Part shown: one piece after another, positions 22,575 through 33,260 of the stretch | Layout of the letters: each line of letters starts with the position of its first letter | How positions within the stretch are numbered: position 1 is the first letter of the stretch | Assembly: GCA_965240325.2 (NCBI GenBank) | Contig: OZ251231.1 | Coordinates: forward strand, 992,001-1,056,000 | Source of the DNA: Rebecca billardiae RCC1528 | Taxonomy: Eukaryota > Protista > Haptophyta | Direction: 5' to 3' | DNA: 64,000 nucleotides | Made by a program: the position numbers and the translations under genes | Notes under the pieces: model-generated | What the model was told of the DNA's origin: nothing | Databases searched by the model: none | Seen by the model: only the letters and a program-made list of their open reading frames with translations

Positions 22575-23252
22575 ATGTCGTGGTACTCGACGCCCGCTGG
22601 AGCTGCACAGATCGAGCGCGTGTGGGCATCGGCGCAGCTGGGCGTCGCCGATCGGCGAACTGATGAGCGCGAGTTCAAGGTGGCCGTCATCGGCGCCGCT
22701 GCCGCCGGGAAGACGGGCTGCATTCGGCGCCTGTGTGCCCTTCCTCGGACGGCCGATCATGCACCGACAATCGGCATCCAGGTGCTCCACACGCACTGGC
22801 CGGTGAACGTGCCAATCGGCGCATCAGACGGGGTTCGCGTGCTGCGTATCGCATTTTGGGAGGCGGGCGCCGCCTCCGCAGACCGCTTCGACTACGTGCG
22901 CTCCGCGCAGATGGCTGGCGCAGACGACGTTCTATGCACGCTGTCGCTGTGCGACCTCGATGCGTACGAGGCGCTCGCAGCACGCCTTCGTGCCGGTGAG
23001 CTACCTCCGTGCATCCTAGTGGTCACGCAGGTTGAGGATCTGCAGCAGCGGCAGGTCACGCTCGCGCAGGTAGCCGAGATGGCGAGCTCGCACAAGCTGC
23101 CCACAGTCGTGTTGTCGACAGCGGCGACAGCGGATGCTGCTCACGCAGACGCGCCCACTGGCGACGTGACGGCGTTGGGGGCCACGGACGACGTCTGCGA
23201 GCTCTTGTCTATACTGTCCAGACGCTTGCTCGACAGAGAGCATGCGCAATGA
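22575..23252 (+). CDS. Atypical small GTPase, RSG1/CPLANE2-like
   Basis: P-loop GAAAAGKT, TIGIQVLHTHWP and FWEAGAASADRFDY resemble RSG1 as recalled (TTGIQTTVVFWP, FWDCGESALKKFDH). Confidence 0.65.
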   Translation: MSWYSTPAGAAQIERVWASAQLGVADRRTDEREFKVAVIGAAAAGKTGCIRRLCALPRTADHAPTIGIQVLHTHWPVNVPIGASDGVRVLRIAFWEAGAASADRFDYVRSAQMAGADDVLCTLSLCDLDAYEALAARLRAGELPPCILVVTQVEDLQQRQVTLAQVAEMASSHKLPTVVLSTAATADAAHADAPTGDVTALGATDDVCELLSILSRRLLDREHAQ

Positions 23253-23440
23253 GCGTCCCAGGACATCGCTCAGCTGGGCCGCGTGGACCGTGCGCTGATC
23301 GCGACTCATCGCGCGACACTAAGAGTTTCACTGTCAGTGATCGACGACGTCGATCTCGATGTCGGCCCCGCCATCCTAATCGGGCTAATGTCGCGAAGTT
23401 CAGATTGCTGCTGCCAATGCTGCTGCTGACTAGTGACTTT

Positions 23441-23442
<2 letters not shown>

Positions 23443-23509
<67 letters not shown>
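23443..23509. repeat. (CT)n microsatellite
   Basis: Seen directly in the sequence. Confidence 0.99.
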
Positions 23510-23512
<3 letters not shown>

Positions 23513-23973
23513 CTCTCCGTATGTGATGCTGCTTGAGTGCTGAGCAGACTACTATACTATTTACTGCTAAGACTTATAGAGCCGTCGTCAGACAATGTCA
23601 ATGGTCAGTCTGCTATACGGATAGTGAGAGTATTATATATATTGAGCAAATTGTACGCGCGTGTAGTACGTGAGCCTGCAGCAGGAGCGGCCTGCTTGAT
23701 GATCATGGCCCGAATGTGAGATCTCGTCAGCAGCCCGGTGATGAGTGATGACTGCGGCCGGCGGCGCACGAGTGCCATGTAGCCGTCGTCCGAATAACTC
23801 CGCCGGGTCCTGTCGAGCCGTCGAGGTGCGCGGACGAGATCTTCAGAAGCAAGCCCGGCCCGCCGTAGTGCATCATAGGCCGTTGGGTGCCGCGGCGTGC
23901 GGGCCGCTGCCACTCGGTTGTCGGCCGCGCCGGAGTCGCGGCAGCCAGCAGGTAGCAACTGGGGAGTTCAGCC

Positions 23974-25347
23974 TCATGGGCTTGTTGGCACGCCAAGCAG
24001 CCAGAGCAGGGCTTGGCGCAGAGGGGGGATCGAGAGTAGGATGACGGTCAACGCCCCACACAGAGCGGTCGAGCCCACCGCGTACGGGAACGCGTCCGGC
24101 TCGCCGAGCAACGCGAGGACGCCGCCGCCGTTTGCCGCGCAGCCGAGGGCGAGCCCGCGCGCCGCCGGGTCCGCCACCCGGAACCAGCTGAGCACAGGCA
24201 GGCCGAGCGGGATGCCTGCCGTGCCTGTCACGATCACGCCGAGGAGCGTCACGCCCTCATCGGCACCGACGATCGCCCCGGCCTCCATGGCGATGGCGTT
24301 CGTCAGCGCCCGCGGCACCAGTGCCAGCCGAAGCAACGGGTCCATCCGCAGCGCGCGCGCGGCGATGGCGCCCGCGGCGATGCTGCCGACGCAGGAGAGG
24401 CTGATGGCGCCAGCGACCGCGTTGGCGCGCGCGCGAATCGCCCGGCGGTGCTCGAAGAGGGAGAAGGCGAAGGAGGCCACGGCTGGTCTGAGCATGTCGC
24501 GCAGCACACGGCCAGTCGCCTCGTTGTACACCGAGACCGCGCCCTCCGCGCTCATGCCCAGCCCAGCGGCCAGCACGCGCAGCACGACGCTCATGCCGAT
24601 GGCGGCGGCGAGCAGAGTCGGCAGCACGAGCCGCACGCGCGCTGGCATCCTCTCGGCGAGGTCGAAGCAGAGGAGGGTGCACGCGAAGAAGCAGGGGTGG
24701 AGAGCAAGTGGCGAGCGCGTCACGAGCGCCCCGCTCGCTAGGAGCACGCTGAGCGCTGCCAGCCACTGCGTGCGCGCCGTCACACGCTGCTTGGAGGACG
24801 GCGCGGCCACACGGATTGGAGCGACCTTTTGTGGCCGCACGCGCGGGGCCATGCGCGGCAAAAAGAGCTCGGCCGTGCGAGCGGTGAATGCGGCGTTGAG
24901 CACAATCGACACCACGCAGAACGCGCTGAACGCCACGACCTGCAACGTGCGCAGCGCCGGGATCACAAACGGCAGCGAGACCTGGCCAGGCACGTAGAAG
25001 AGCGCAAACCAGCGGCGCAGAAAGACGCAGATTGGGTCGGCATGGGCGGCGACAGACGCCGCTCGCTCGGGTGAGATCGCGTCGAGAGCGTACATGCCGC
25101 CGCCGATCAGCAGCATGGACGCGATCGGCGCCGGAAAGCCCTCGCAGCCGCACAGCTTCATGAGCTCGCCGCTGCATACGTTCGCTGCACCGAGCGCGCC
25201 GACACCCACCACGACATGCGAGGCGTCGTCGAGGCGATGGCGCAAGCTGACTGGCGAGGGCGAGGCTGGCTGCTCCGACGGTCTGCTACCCGCGGCCGCC
25301 TCGCGAGCGGCTGAGACCAAGAGGAGCGCATGGACAAGCGCTGCCAT
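23974..25347 (-). CDS. LrgA/LrgB-fusion membrane protein (PLGG1-like glycolate/glycerate transporter)
   Basis: FPAPIASML, WFALFYVP (LrgA-like part); LVPRALTNAIAM, DPAARGLALG (LrgB); N-terminal signal peptide. Confidence 0.8.
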   Translation of the reverse strand: MAALVHALLLVSAAREAAAGSRPSEQPASPSPVSLRHRLDDASHVVVGVGALGAANVCSGELMKLCGCEGFPAPIASMLLIGGGMYALDAISPERAASVAAHADPICVFLRRWFALFYVPGQVSLPFVIPALRTLQVVAFSAFCVVSIVLNAAFTARTAELFLPRMAPRVRPQKVAPIRVAAPSSKQRVTARTQWLAALSVLLASGALVTRSPLALHPCFFACTLLCFDLAERMPARVRLVLPTLLAAAIGMSVVLRVLAAGLGMSAEGAVSVYNEATGRVLRDMLRPAVASFAFSLFEHRRAIRARANAVAGAISLSCVGSIAAGAIAARALRMDPLLRLALVPRALTNAIAMEAGAIVGADEGVTLLGVIVTGTAGIPLGLPVLSWFRVADPAARGLALGCAANGGGVLALLGEPDAFPYAVGSTALCGALTVILLSIPPLRQALLWLLGVPTSP

Positions 25348-25462
25348 CCCGTCGCTCGGTCGCTGCCATCCCCGGGCTGCGGGACGGCTCCGGGGAACTT
25401 ACAGTCAGACCGTCTGAATCGGCCCCCTCGCTCAGACCGGTCTGAGCGAGGGCCCGATTCAG

Positions 25463-27424
25463 GGTTGTATAACCGCTCGGTTATGCGGGTATAACTCACC
25501 GGTAGCCCTCATGAGGGCGGGCTGGTGAGCAGCCAGGGTCCGGCTGCCTGGAGGTTTTCCGGTCGTCAAGCCGAGCCAGGCCCGGATTGGGCGCGGGCCT
25601 GGATTGGCTCAGCAGCTTGGCAAGCCATGCGCGTCTGGGTGCGGCCGCGCTCGCTGGCTGCACCCGCGGCGCGGCGGCCGGCGTGGCTGCTCTGGTCACC
25701 GCTGCGCTGGTGGCTGCTCCTCCTCTGGGAGTTGTTTCTTCCAGGTGCGTGTGCGTCGGCGGTAGGCCGCCCTCAGCCCTCGCTCTCTCCACTCGTGCAC
25801 CTGCCCTGCTTGCTCTCTGCTTTCGATGGGGGCGCCTCGGAGCCGCTTCGAGGCGTCCCCGTCTGCAATCTTCTCATGCTCTATCTGCTTTCGATGGGGG
25901 CGCCTCGGAGCCGCTTCGAGGCGTCCCCGTCTGCAATCTATCTTCTCATGCTCTGCTTTCGATGGGGGCGCCTCGGAACCGCTTCGAGGCGTCCCCGTCT
26001 GCAATCTTCTCATGCTCTGCTTTCAATGGGGGCGCCTCGGAACCGCTTCGAGGCGTCCCCGTCTGCAATCTTCTCATGCTCTGCTTTCGATGGGGGCGCC
26101 TGGGAACCGCTCCCAGGCGTCCCCGTCTGCAATCTTCTCACGCTTCGCAGTCTCGCTTGCCTTCATCGCCTGGCGGGTGGGTGCTGCTCTCTCCTTCTCT
26201 GCCGCCTCCTCTGCAGTCTGCCGTGCACTGCTGTGTGTGGGATGCGACCTGCTACCTTATCTGACGCTACGCGTGCGTGTCTCGCGCCTGCTTCCCGCCT
26301 GCGCCGCCGCCGCCGCGCATGTTTTCGTGCCCACTGTCTCATGCCGTCTGGATCGTCCTTACTCATACAACCCTGCGGGGAGCCCCTCTGGGCCTCTGCC
26401 GCCTTCGGTCCTCGCGCTACCCCTTCGGCGGCCTCGGCCTCTTCGGGCCCCCGGCCACCACCCCTGCGGGGTGTGGCATTCCACACCTCCTTCTGGGTGG
26501 AGGCCCTCGAGGCCTCTGCCTCCTGCGGCGCCGCGCTCTGCCCAAACTTGCGTTGGGGGGGGGCGTCGGCTGCCAGCGCCTGCGGTCTACGTGCTCCATC
26601 GAGTACTTCCTCTTCGGCGTCTAGGCGGTCATCGGCTTCTGTCGGCGTAGTTGCTCGAATGCATCGGCGAGTCCTTCCTGGTCGGCGTCGCATCCTGGAC
26701 GGCTTCGGGGGTGTGACCTAGTCACCTCACGCGTTTATCAACGCGGCCCCCACCTCAATCTACTCTCATGTGGGTCTACCGAGTGAGTTATGGTTGTATA
26801 ACCGCTCGGTTATGCGGGTATAACTCACCGGTAGCCCTCATGAGGGCGGGCTGGCAGCCAGGGTCCGGCTGCCTGGAGGTTTTCCGGTCGTCAAGCCGAG
26901 CCAGGCCCGGATTGGGCGCGGGCCTGGATTGGCTCAGCAGCTTGGCAAGCCATGCGCGTCTGGGTGCGGCCGCGCTCGCTGGCTGCACCCGCGGCGCGGC
27001 GGCCGGCGTGGCTGCTCTGGTCACCGCTGCGCTGGTGGCTGCTCCTCCTCTGGGAGTTGTTTCTCCCTGCCCTCCCACCCTGCTGGTTGCTGGGTGGGCA
27101 TGGCCTTGGGTGCGCGCGGTGTCGGGGGGGTGGAGGCCCTCGAGGCCTCTGCCTCCTGCGGCGCCGCGCTCTGCCCAAACTTGCGTTGGGGGGGGGCGTC
27201 GGCTGCCAGCGCCTGCGGTCTACGTGCTCCATCGAGTACTTCCTCTTCGGCGTCTAGGCGGTCATCGGCTTCTGTCGGCGTAGTTGCTCGAATGCATCGG
27301 CGAGTCCTTCCTGGTCGGCGTCGCATCCTGGACGGCTTCGGGGGTGTGACCTAGTCACCTCACGCGTTTATCAACGCGGCCCCCACCTCAATCTACTCTC
27401 ATGTGGGTCTACCGAGTGAGTTAT
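25463..27424 (-). mobile_element. Nested head-to-tail dimer of a TSD-less element (units 25463-26791 and 26792-27424), Helentron/Helitron2-like architecture
   Basis: Both units run GGTTGTATAACC...GAGTGAGTTAT. Comparison with the intact right TIR shows a precise insertion (GATTCAG^ACGG) with no duplication. Each unit has asymmetric subterminal inverted repeats and an end hairpin. The family assignment is inferred. Confidence 0.65.
25811..26142 (+). repeat. Five tandem 64-68 bp units, each with a 39-nt GC-rich hairpin
   Basis: Variants of the hairpin GATGGGGGCGCCTCGGAG-CCG-CTTCGAGGCGTCCCCGTC start at 25825, 25893, 25961, 26025 and 26089. Confidence 0.95.
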
Positions 27425-30082
27425 ACGGTTTTTGGGCCGGCCCCACTGGCGAGCGCGCTGCGGGACGCACCTCGCACTGGGGGCGGTGCACACTACACTC
27501 ACGGCGCGCCGCGATGTGTTCGGGCGGTGGATGGGGCTGAATCGGCCGAGAGTTACGGTGCGATCGGCCGCGATGCGTCTGCCATCACCCAGTGAGCTCG
27601 TGCGGTGCCAGCTCGCCCTTCGCTTCGTCGCCACTCGCAATCGCACCAGTCGCGCGCGTCCATGGCTTGCCTTTCGCGCGCTGTGTTCTCGCGCAGTGTG
27701 TGCTTGGCAGCAGGGTGCTCGTGGCCGGTGGTTGCCGTCGCAGAGGATCGGAATGTGCGCAGCTACGCTACATCCCAGACACCATGTGCCCGTCCTCGTC
27801 GAGCGTTGGAGAGACACGCGTGTCGCGCATGCGCTCGCGGAAGCAGGCTGCAAAGCGGCGCGCGGGCGTGGCTGCGCGCGCATGACAAGGTGCAACACAC
27901 AGCTGCCCCCGCCATGAGCACCAGCTGTGTACGCACCTCTTCCGTGTTGTCTGATCCGCCAGGCCGCCACGGTGCGGAGACTGCGCGCGTGAGACACCGA
28001 CAGTCAGCGGCCACGGCGCACACAGGTCACTGGCACATGCCATGGCGTGCAGCCTCTGATGCAGCCGTTGCTGCAGCTTCGATTGATGAAACAGCAGCAG
28101 CGCCGGTGGCAGTCACCCCAATCGCTGCCACTGGCACACCCGCACTCGCCAACAGCACTCGCAGCCCTTGCACCTCCGGCAGCTGTGGCACGATGCTCGG
28201 CTGAGCGGCGGCAATAGGCACTGTCGTCCGAGCAGCCGCGCTCGCAGCTCCTTCGGGGGCGCGCTGTCGCGGGAGTGCTGCTCCAAGGATCAGCAGCTGC
28301 TGCAGATGCTGCGGCTGAGACAGCAACTGCTGTTGCTCGTGTTGGTAGCCTCAACGCAGCCGTACTGGCGTTATGAGGGGAGATGACTTGTGGAATGGGA
28401 ATTGCTGCAGCCACTTTTTAACTTTTTATTCAGCCATTTGTTTTTATTAAAAGCAGCTTGCAGCAGAGTCCGAGACTTAGCGTGTCAGAAGCTGTGCAGC
28501 AGGGCTCAACTCGTCACGTACAGCGTCGGCGCTCGGAGCCTCGGGAGTTTGCACCAACCGGGCGTGGTGGGCGTGTCCCGCGCGGCGCACAGAGCAGCGC
28601 TGTACGTGGGCGAGACTGCGGCTTCCGCGTCTCGCACTTCGGCGGCGGTGCCGAGGGCGGAGGCCGCCCGCCGCGCGCCTGACGGCAGCGCCTCAAGCAG
28701 CGCCGTCCCATGCGCATGCGGACGGGTGCGGCAATGGCGATGGGTTTCGCAACGTGCACAGCGTCAGAAGCTCGGCACCTGATCTGCCCAGCTGCAGCAA
28801 CAGCACCATCGGTCCGGCGCCTGGCGCTCAGTGGGCGGCGTGTCGGGCGGATGCAGATGCACTCGCCGTCTGAATCAGGACGCCGGGCATGCGTGCCGAA
28901 GCAGTTCGCGCCAGCGCGCGCACTCGCAGAGTGAGAACGGCCGCCCTGCCGGCCGGAGGCCAATGCACTCGCCTGGCGGCTGCCGGCGCACGGTAGACCA
29001 GGTCAAACGTAAGCACCCGAAACCACCACGGCGGTGGTGACCGAGAGCACGACCACGGGCGGTGGCGCGGCCGATGTCGCGAGCGTGAGCGCAAGCGTGG
29101 CCGTGAGCAATGCGAGCAGCGTGAGCGATGCGCGGAGCGATCGCGCCCGCCCTTCCGACGAGGAACGAGGGCTTTATTGCGCGAGGAGTCCCCAGCGGTA
29201 GGTGGCAGCGATGTCGCGCCATCGCTGAGCGCACCGACGTTGCCAGCCGGTCGACGTGGCCATCGCTTCCGAGAGAAAGCTGTGAGCCAGATTGCTGCCG
29301 CACGCAACCGTGTCAGCCGTGGCCGCTGACTGTCGGTGTCTCACGCGCGCAGTCTCCGCACCGTGGCGGCCTGGCGGATCAGACAACACGGAAGAAGTGC
29401 GTACACAGCTGGTGCTCATGGCGGGGGCAGCTGTGTGTTGCACCTTGTCATGCGCGCGCAGCCACGCCCGCGCGCCGCTTTGCAGCCTGCTTCCGCGAGC
29501 GCATGCGCGACACGCGTGTCTCTCCAACGCTCGACGAGGACGGGCACATGGTGTCTGGGATGTAGCGTAGCTGCGCACATTCCGATCCTCTGCGACGGCA
29601 ACCACCGGCCACGAGCACCCTGCTGCCAAGCACACACTGCGCGAGAACACAGCGCGCGAAAGGCAAGCCATGGACGCGCGCGACTGGTGCGATTGCGAGT
29701 GGCGACGAAGCGAAGGGCGAGCTGGCACCGCACGAGCTCACTGGGTGATGGCAGACGCATCGCGGCCGATCGCACCGTAACTCTCGGCCGATTCAGCCCC
29801 ATCCACCGCCCGAACACATCGCGGCGCGCCGTGAGTGTAGTGTGCACCGCCCCCAGTGCGAGGTGCGTCCCGCAGCGCGCTCGCCAGTGGGGCCGGCCCA
29901 AAAACCGTCTGAATCGGGCCCTCGCTCAGACCGGTCTGAGCGAGGGGGCCGATTCAGACGGTCTGACTGTAAGTTCCCCGGGACGGCTCTCGCGCCGGCC
30001 GGATCGACGAGTCCGGTGGGCTTGCGCCTCTCCGTCTGGGCTCTGGCCGGCTCAAAACGCCTGCCACCCTGCCAGCGGTTTG

Positions 30083-31486
30083 ATGGCAGCCGCGAACGCC
30101 CAGGCCCGCACCGGCCAGTCGGAGGAGGCGGGGGTGTCTGTGCGCCCGCTGGCGATGGCCAACACGAAGGGGTGGAACGCGTCGTATCGACTGCCGCCCG
30201 AGCCCAAGGGCATCGAGCAGCTGCGCGGGCACACGCCTCGGCTCGGCGAGAATCGCGAGGCCGAGGCCGATGGATTCAGCGCAACCGCGTCGAGCTTTGG
30301 AGGCACCGCTGCGGCACCGTCGGACGCGGCTGAGCGCATCGCGACGATGCGCCGCGCGCTCGAGGAGCACGAGAAGCGCGACCCGCGCTCACGCGCTGCC
30401 CGGCTGCAGAACACGTTCTACTCGTCACTCCGGCTCATGCTGCGCGAGACGTCGGCGGTGTCGAGCGGCCCCGCGCGCGCGCAGCACGTCAACCAGCTAT
30501 GGGAGTGGTTCTCGCGCGAGCGACCGGCGGCTCCGGACGGCTCCGACGACGGGAGCCGCTCGGGACGCGCTCCGTCGACGCACGGCGCGCCCAAGCCCGG
30601 CTCGAGCGCCGAGTGGCTGCTGACGGGCCCGCCGTCGCCCCGGCCCGTGCGCAGCGGTGCCTACGCCTCCACCTTCTCCAAGCCGGGGCGGGACACGAGC
30701 GTGGAGGCGGAGGCGGCGCGGGCGGGCAGGGCGATGGGCGACGCGATGGGAGCACCGTACGCCGGCGCGAGGCGCAGCGCCACAGCGTCGACGGCGGGTG
30801 GTGTCGCGCGCACCGCGGGCGGCGCCGCCGGCGCGGGCGGCGCGGGCGGCGCGGACAGTGGCAAGCTCTCGCCGCGCTCGCAAGGGCGGGCGATGGCGGC
30901 GGCGGGCGCCCTGGCGGGCGGGGGCGGCGCATGGGCACGCGCGCGCCCGCACTCCGCGCGCCTCGCCTCCGAGAAGCTCTCGCGCGAGGCGATGGTCGCA
31001 CAGATCCGCGCCGCGCGCCCGTACACGCCTCAGGACGTGCCGCCCGACCTCGGCGCGTACAAGCGGCGAGACCTGTACGCGAGCTTCGCGCGGCGCGAGC
31101 GGCTGACGGCGGAGGAGGCGTTCATGCCGGGCTCGCGCGTGGTGCCCGGCTCCGAGCGCGTCGTCGAGCACCCGCGCGGCTCCTTTGCGCACTACCAGCT
31201 CTCGGCCGACCCGGACGAGGCGCGGCGCGAGCAGGAGATGGAGCAGCGCTGGGCGGAGCGGAGGCGCGCGGAGGCGCGCGATCGCGCGGAGGAGGCGCAG
31301 ATGGCGCAGGTGGTCGAGCGGTACGAGAACTCGCGCGCGCGCGTGGACACGGAGATCATGCGACGGCGCGAGACGCAGCGCCACGGCTCACACACGGCCA
31401 TCCACTTCCACGCGCCCGTCAAGTCGGCGTGGGCGGACGAGCGGAACACGGCGGTCGCCGAGGCCATGGCGGCGGTGCGCGGCGGC

Positions 31487-31540
<54 letters not shown>

Positions 31541-32620
31541 GGTAGCCACGCCGTGAGCGACGGGAGCGACGGGAGCGAGAGCGAGGACGGGCGCGAGCCG
31601 CGCGACCGAGACGGCGGCGGCAGCGACGAGCCGGAGCCTCTGCGCGGCGCCCAGACCAGCTCGAGCCGGCCGGCTGAGCCGGCGCCGACGCTCGTCGAGC
31701 CGAGCACGGCGCACCCGCGCGTGCACCTGGCCAGCCGAAGCGGCACCGTGGAGCGGCCGACGGACGGTGGCGCGGCGGGGATCAGCCTGAGCGCGTTCGC
31801 GCAGCCAGAGGCGGCGTCGCGCGCGCGCGTGCACGCCGCGCGGCCCACCACGGCGCAGGCGCTGCACCGCGCCGGCGCGATGGCCCGGCAGGTCTTCGTT
31901 CTCGATCTGGCCAGCATGGGGCCGGGCGCGGCCGCGAGCGTGCACCCGTCTGGCGCCGTCACCGCGCGGCCCATCCTCGCGCCGTCCACGCGGCGCATCA
32001 TCCAGCTCGAGGTGCGCGCGCGGTGGGGGGCGGGACGGAGCTCCGGGCGAGGGGTCGCGTGCGCTCGTGCCCTAGCCCGTGCTGCCTTCCTTCCGAGCCC
32101 GCCTGCCAGCGGCCGCGCGCGCGCGTCACACGTGCCGACTCCTGGCCCATGCCCGGGCGCCGTGCCCTGCGCGCACGTGCTGCCCCCCGCAGGAGTGCCA
32201 TCGCATCAAGCGCGCCTTTGACAAGCAAAACGTCCCCGTCAACATGGCCGTTCTCGAGCGGTGCGCCGCTCGGCCGCGCTGCGCCACGCCTCGCCATGCC
32301 GCCCGCCCGCTCTGCGCGCCCACGCCCTGCGTCTCACGCGCGACACGCCTGCGCTCGATGTCTCCTGCTGCCATCCGCTACCGGCACGCCTCCATTGCGC
32401 ACACAGCGGCCTGCTGCTGCCGGAAGACTTGCCAGACGAGGTGTGCGCGGCGGCGCTGCCCACTTTCCGCTCGCGCCTCGTCGACCCTGATGCGCGTGAG
32501 CCCAAGAAAAAGACCAAGAAGGGCAAGAAGGGCAAGAAGACCGCGAAGGGCCAGGGCAAGGGCAGCGCCGCGAAGAAGCCCAAGTCGCCTGGTCGCAAAA
32601 AGTCGCCACGGAAGCGTTAG
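30083..32620 (+). CDS. Hypothetical coiled-coil protein with Lys-rich tail; introns 32012-32192 and 32261-32406
   Basis: Long coding-like ORF. Splicing gives IIQLE|ECHRIKRAFDKQNVPVNMAVLER|GLLLPED. The ORF extension upstream to 29336 lies in transposon TIR. Confidence 0.65.
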
Positions 32621-32727
32621 CAGCGGGGATTATGTAGATTGTATATATATATATAGTAATACATCATAGTATATACCCCCATATATGACGCGCGTCAGCT
32701 GTTAAGATGATACAGTTATTACAGTAT

Positions 32728-33260
32728 GGGGGGGGCTGGGTTATAGTTTTGGGGTGCCCTCAACTGCCAATAAAACCACCCCTCGCGGAGAGGCTTGGAC
32801 GGACGCAAGATGGGCACCCCTCGCCCTCGCCGTCGAGGACAAGCCGGAGGACGCCCGTGTCGGTAAGGCACCCGCTGGGGCCGGGTCGCCGCGGCCGCAC
32901 ATGCTCGCGCCAGGCGCGTTTGAAAATGACCCCAAACGACCCCACCCCAAAACTAACCCGGGAGGCGCGTGCGCACGCGCGGCGCGAGCTCGTGGGCAGC
33001 ATTGCTGGCGAAGCGAGCCGCCTTCTCGTGCTGCCCAGGCTGGGGATCCCCCCGCAATCACTCCTGATGAGGCGGAAGCGACGCGCCGAAGCACTCGCGA
33101 TGCCACCGAGACGGGCAGAGCCGTTGCCCAGCGTCGCCTTGTGGGACATGGCGAGCCGCTGGAGCGGCCATGCTCTCCCACTGTTCGCGCGGCCACCCCA
33201 GTGCGGCGCCCAGTGGCACCCCAAAACTAACCCCACCCCAAAACTAACCCAGCCCCCCCC
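32728..33260. mobile_element. MITE, 533 bp (PIF/Harbinger or ISL2EU-like ends)
   Basis: TIRs GGGGGGGGCTGGGTTA..GTTTTGGGGTG at both ends, flanked by AT on each side. The CCCCAAAACTAA motif is repeated internally. Confidence 0.75.

Larger units (their letters stand above)
25391..29980. mobile_element. Non-autonomous Mutator-like (MULE) DNA transposon with 665-bp TIRs
   Basis: Ends CGGGGAACTT...AAGTTCCCCG. A 9-bp direct repeat GGACGGCTC lies at 25382-25390 and 29981-29989. The left TIR (25391-25462 + 27425-28017) is the near-perfect reverse complement of 29316-29980. No transposase recognised. Confidence 0.88.

Noticed and set aside
25811-26142. CRISPR-like array of palindromic repeats
   Set aside because: The linkers are nearly identical rather than unique spacers, there are no cas genes, and the context is eukaryotic.
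29336-30082. N-terminal part of the 961-aa ORF, and the twin ORFs at 27432-27917 and 29416-29901
   Set aside because: They lie within the transposon TIRs and show no protein-like features.
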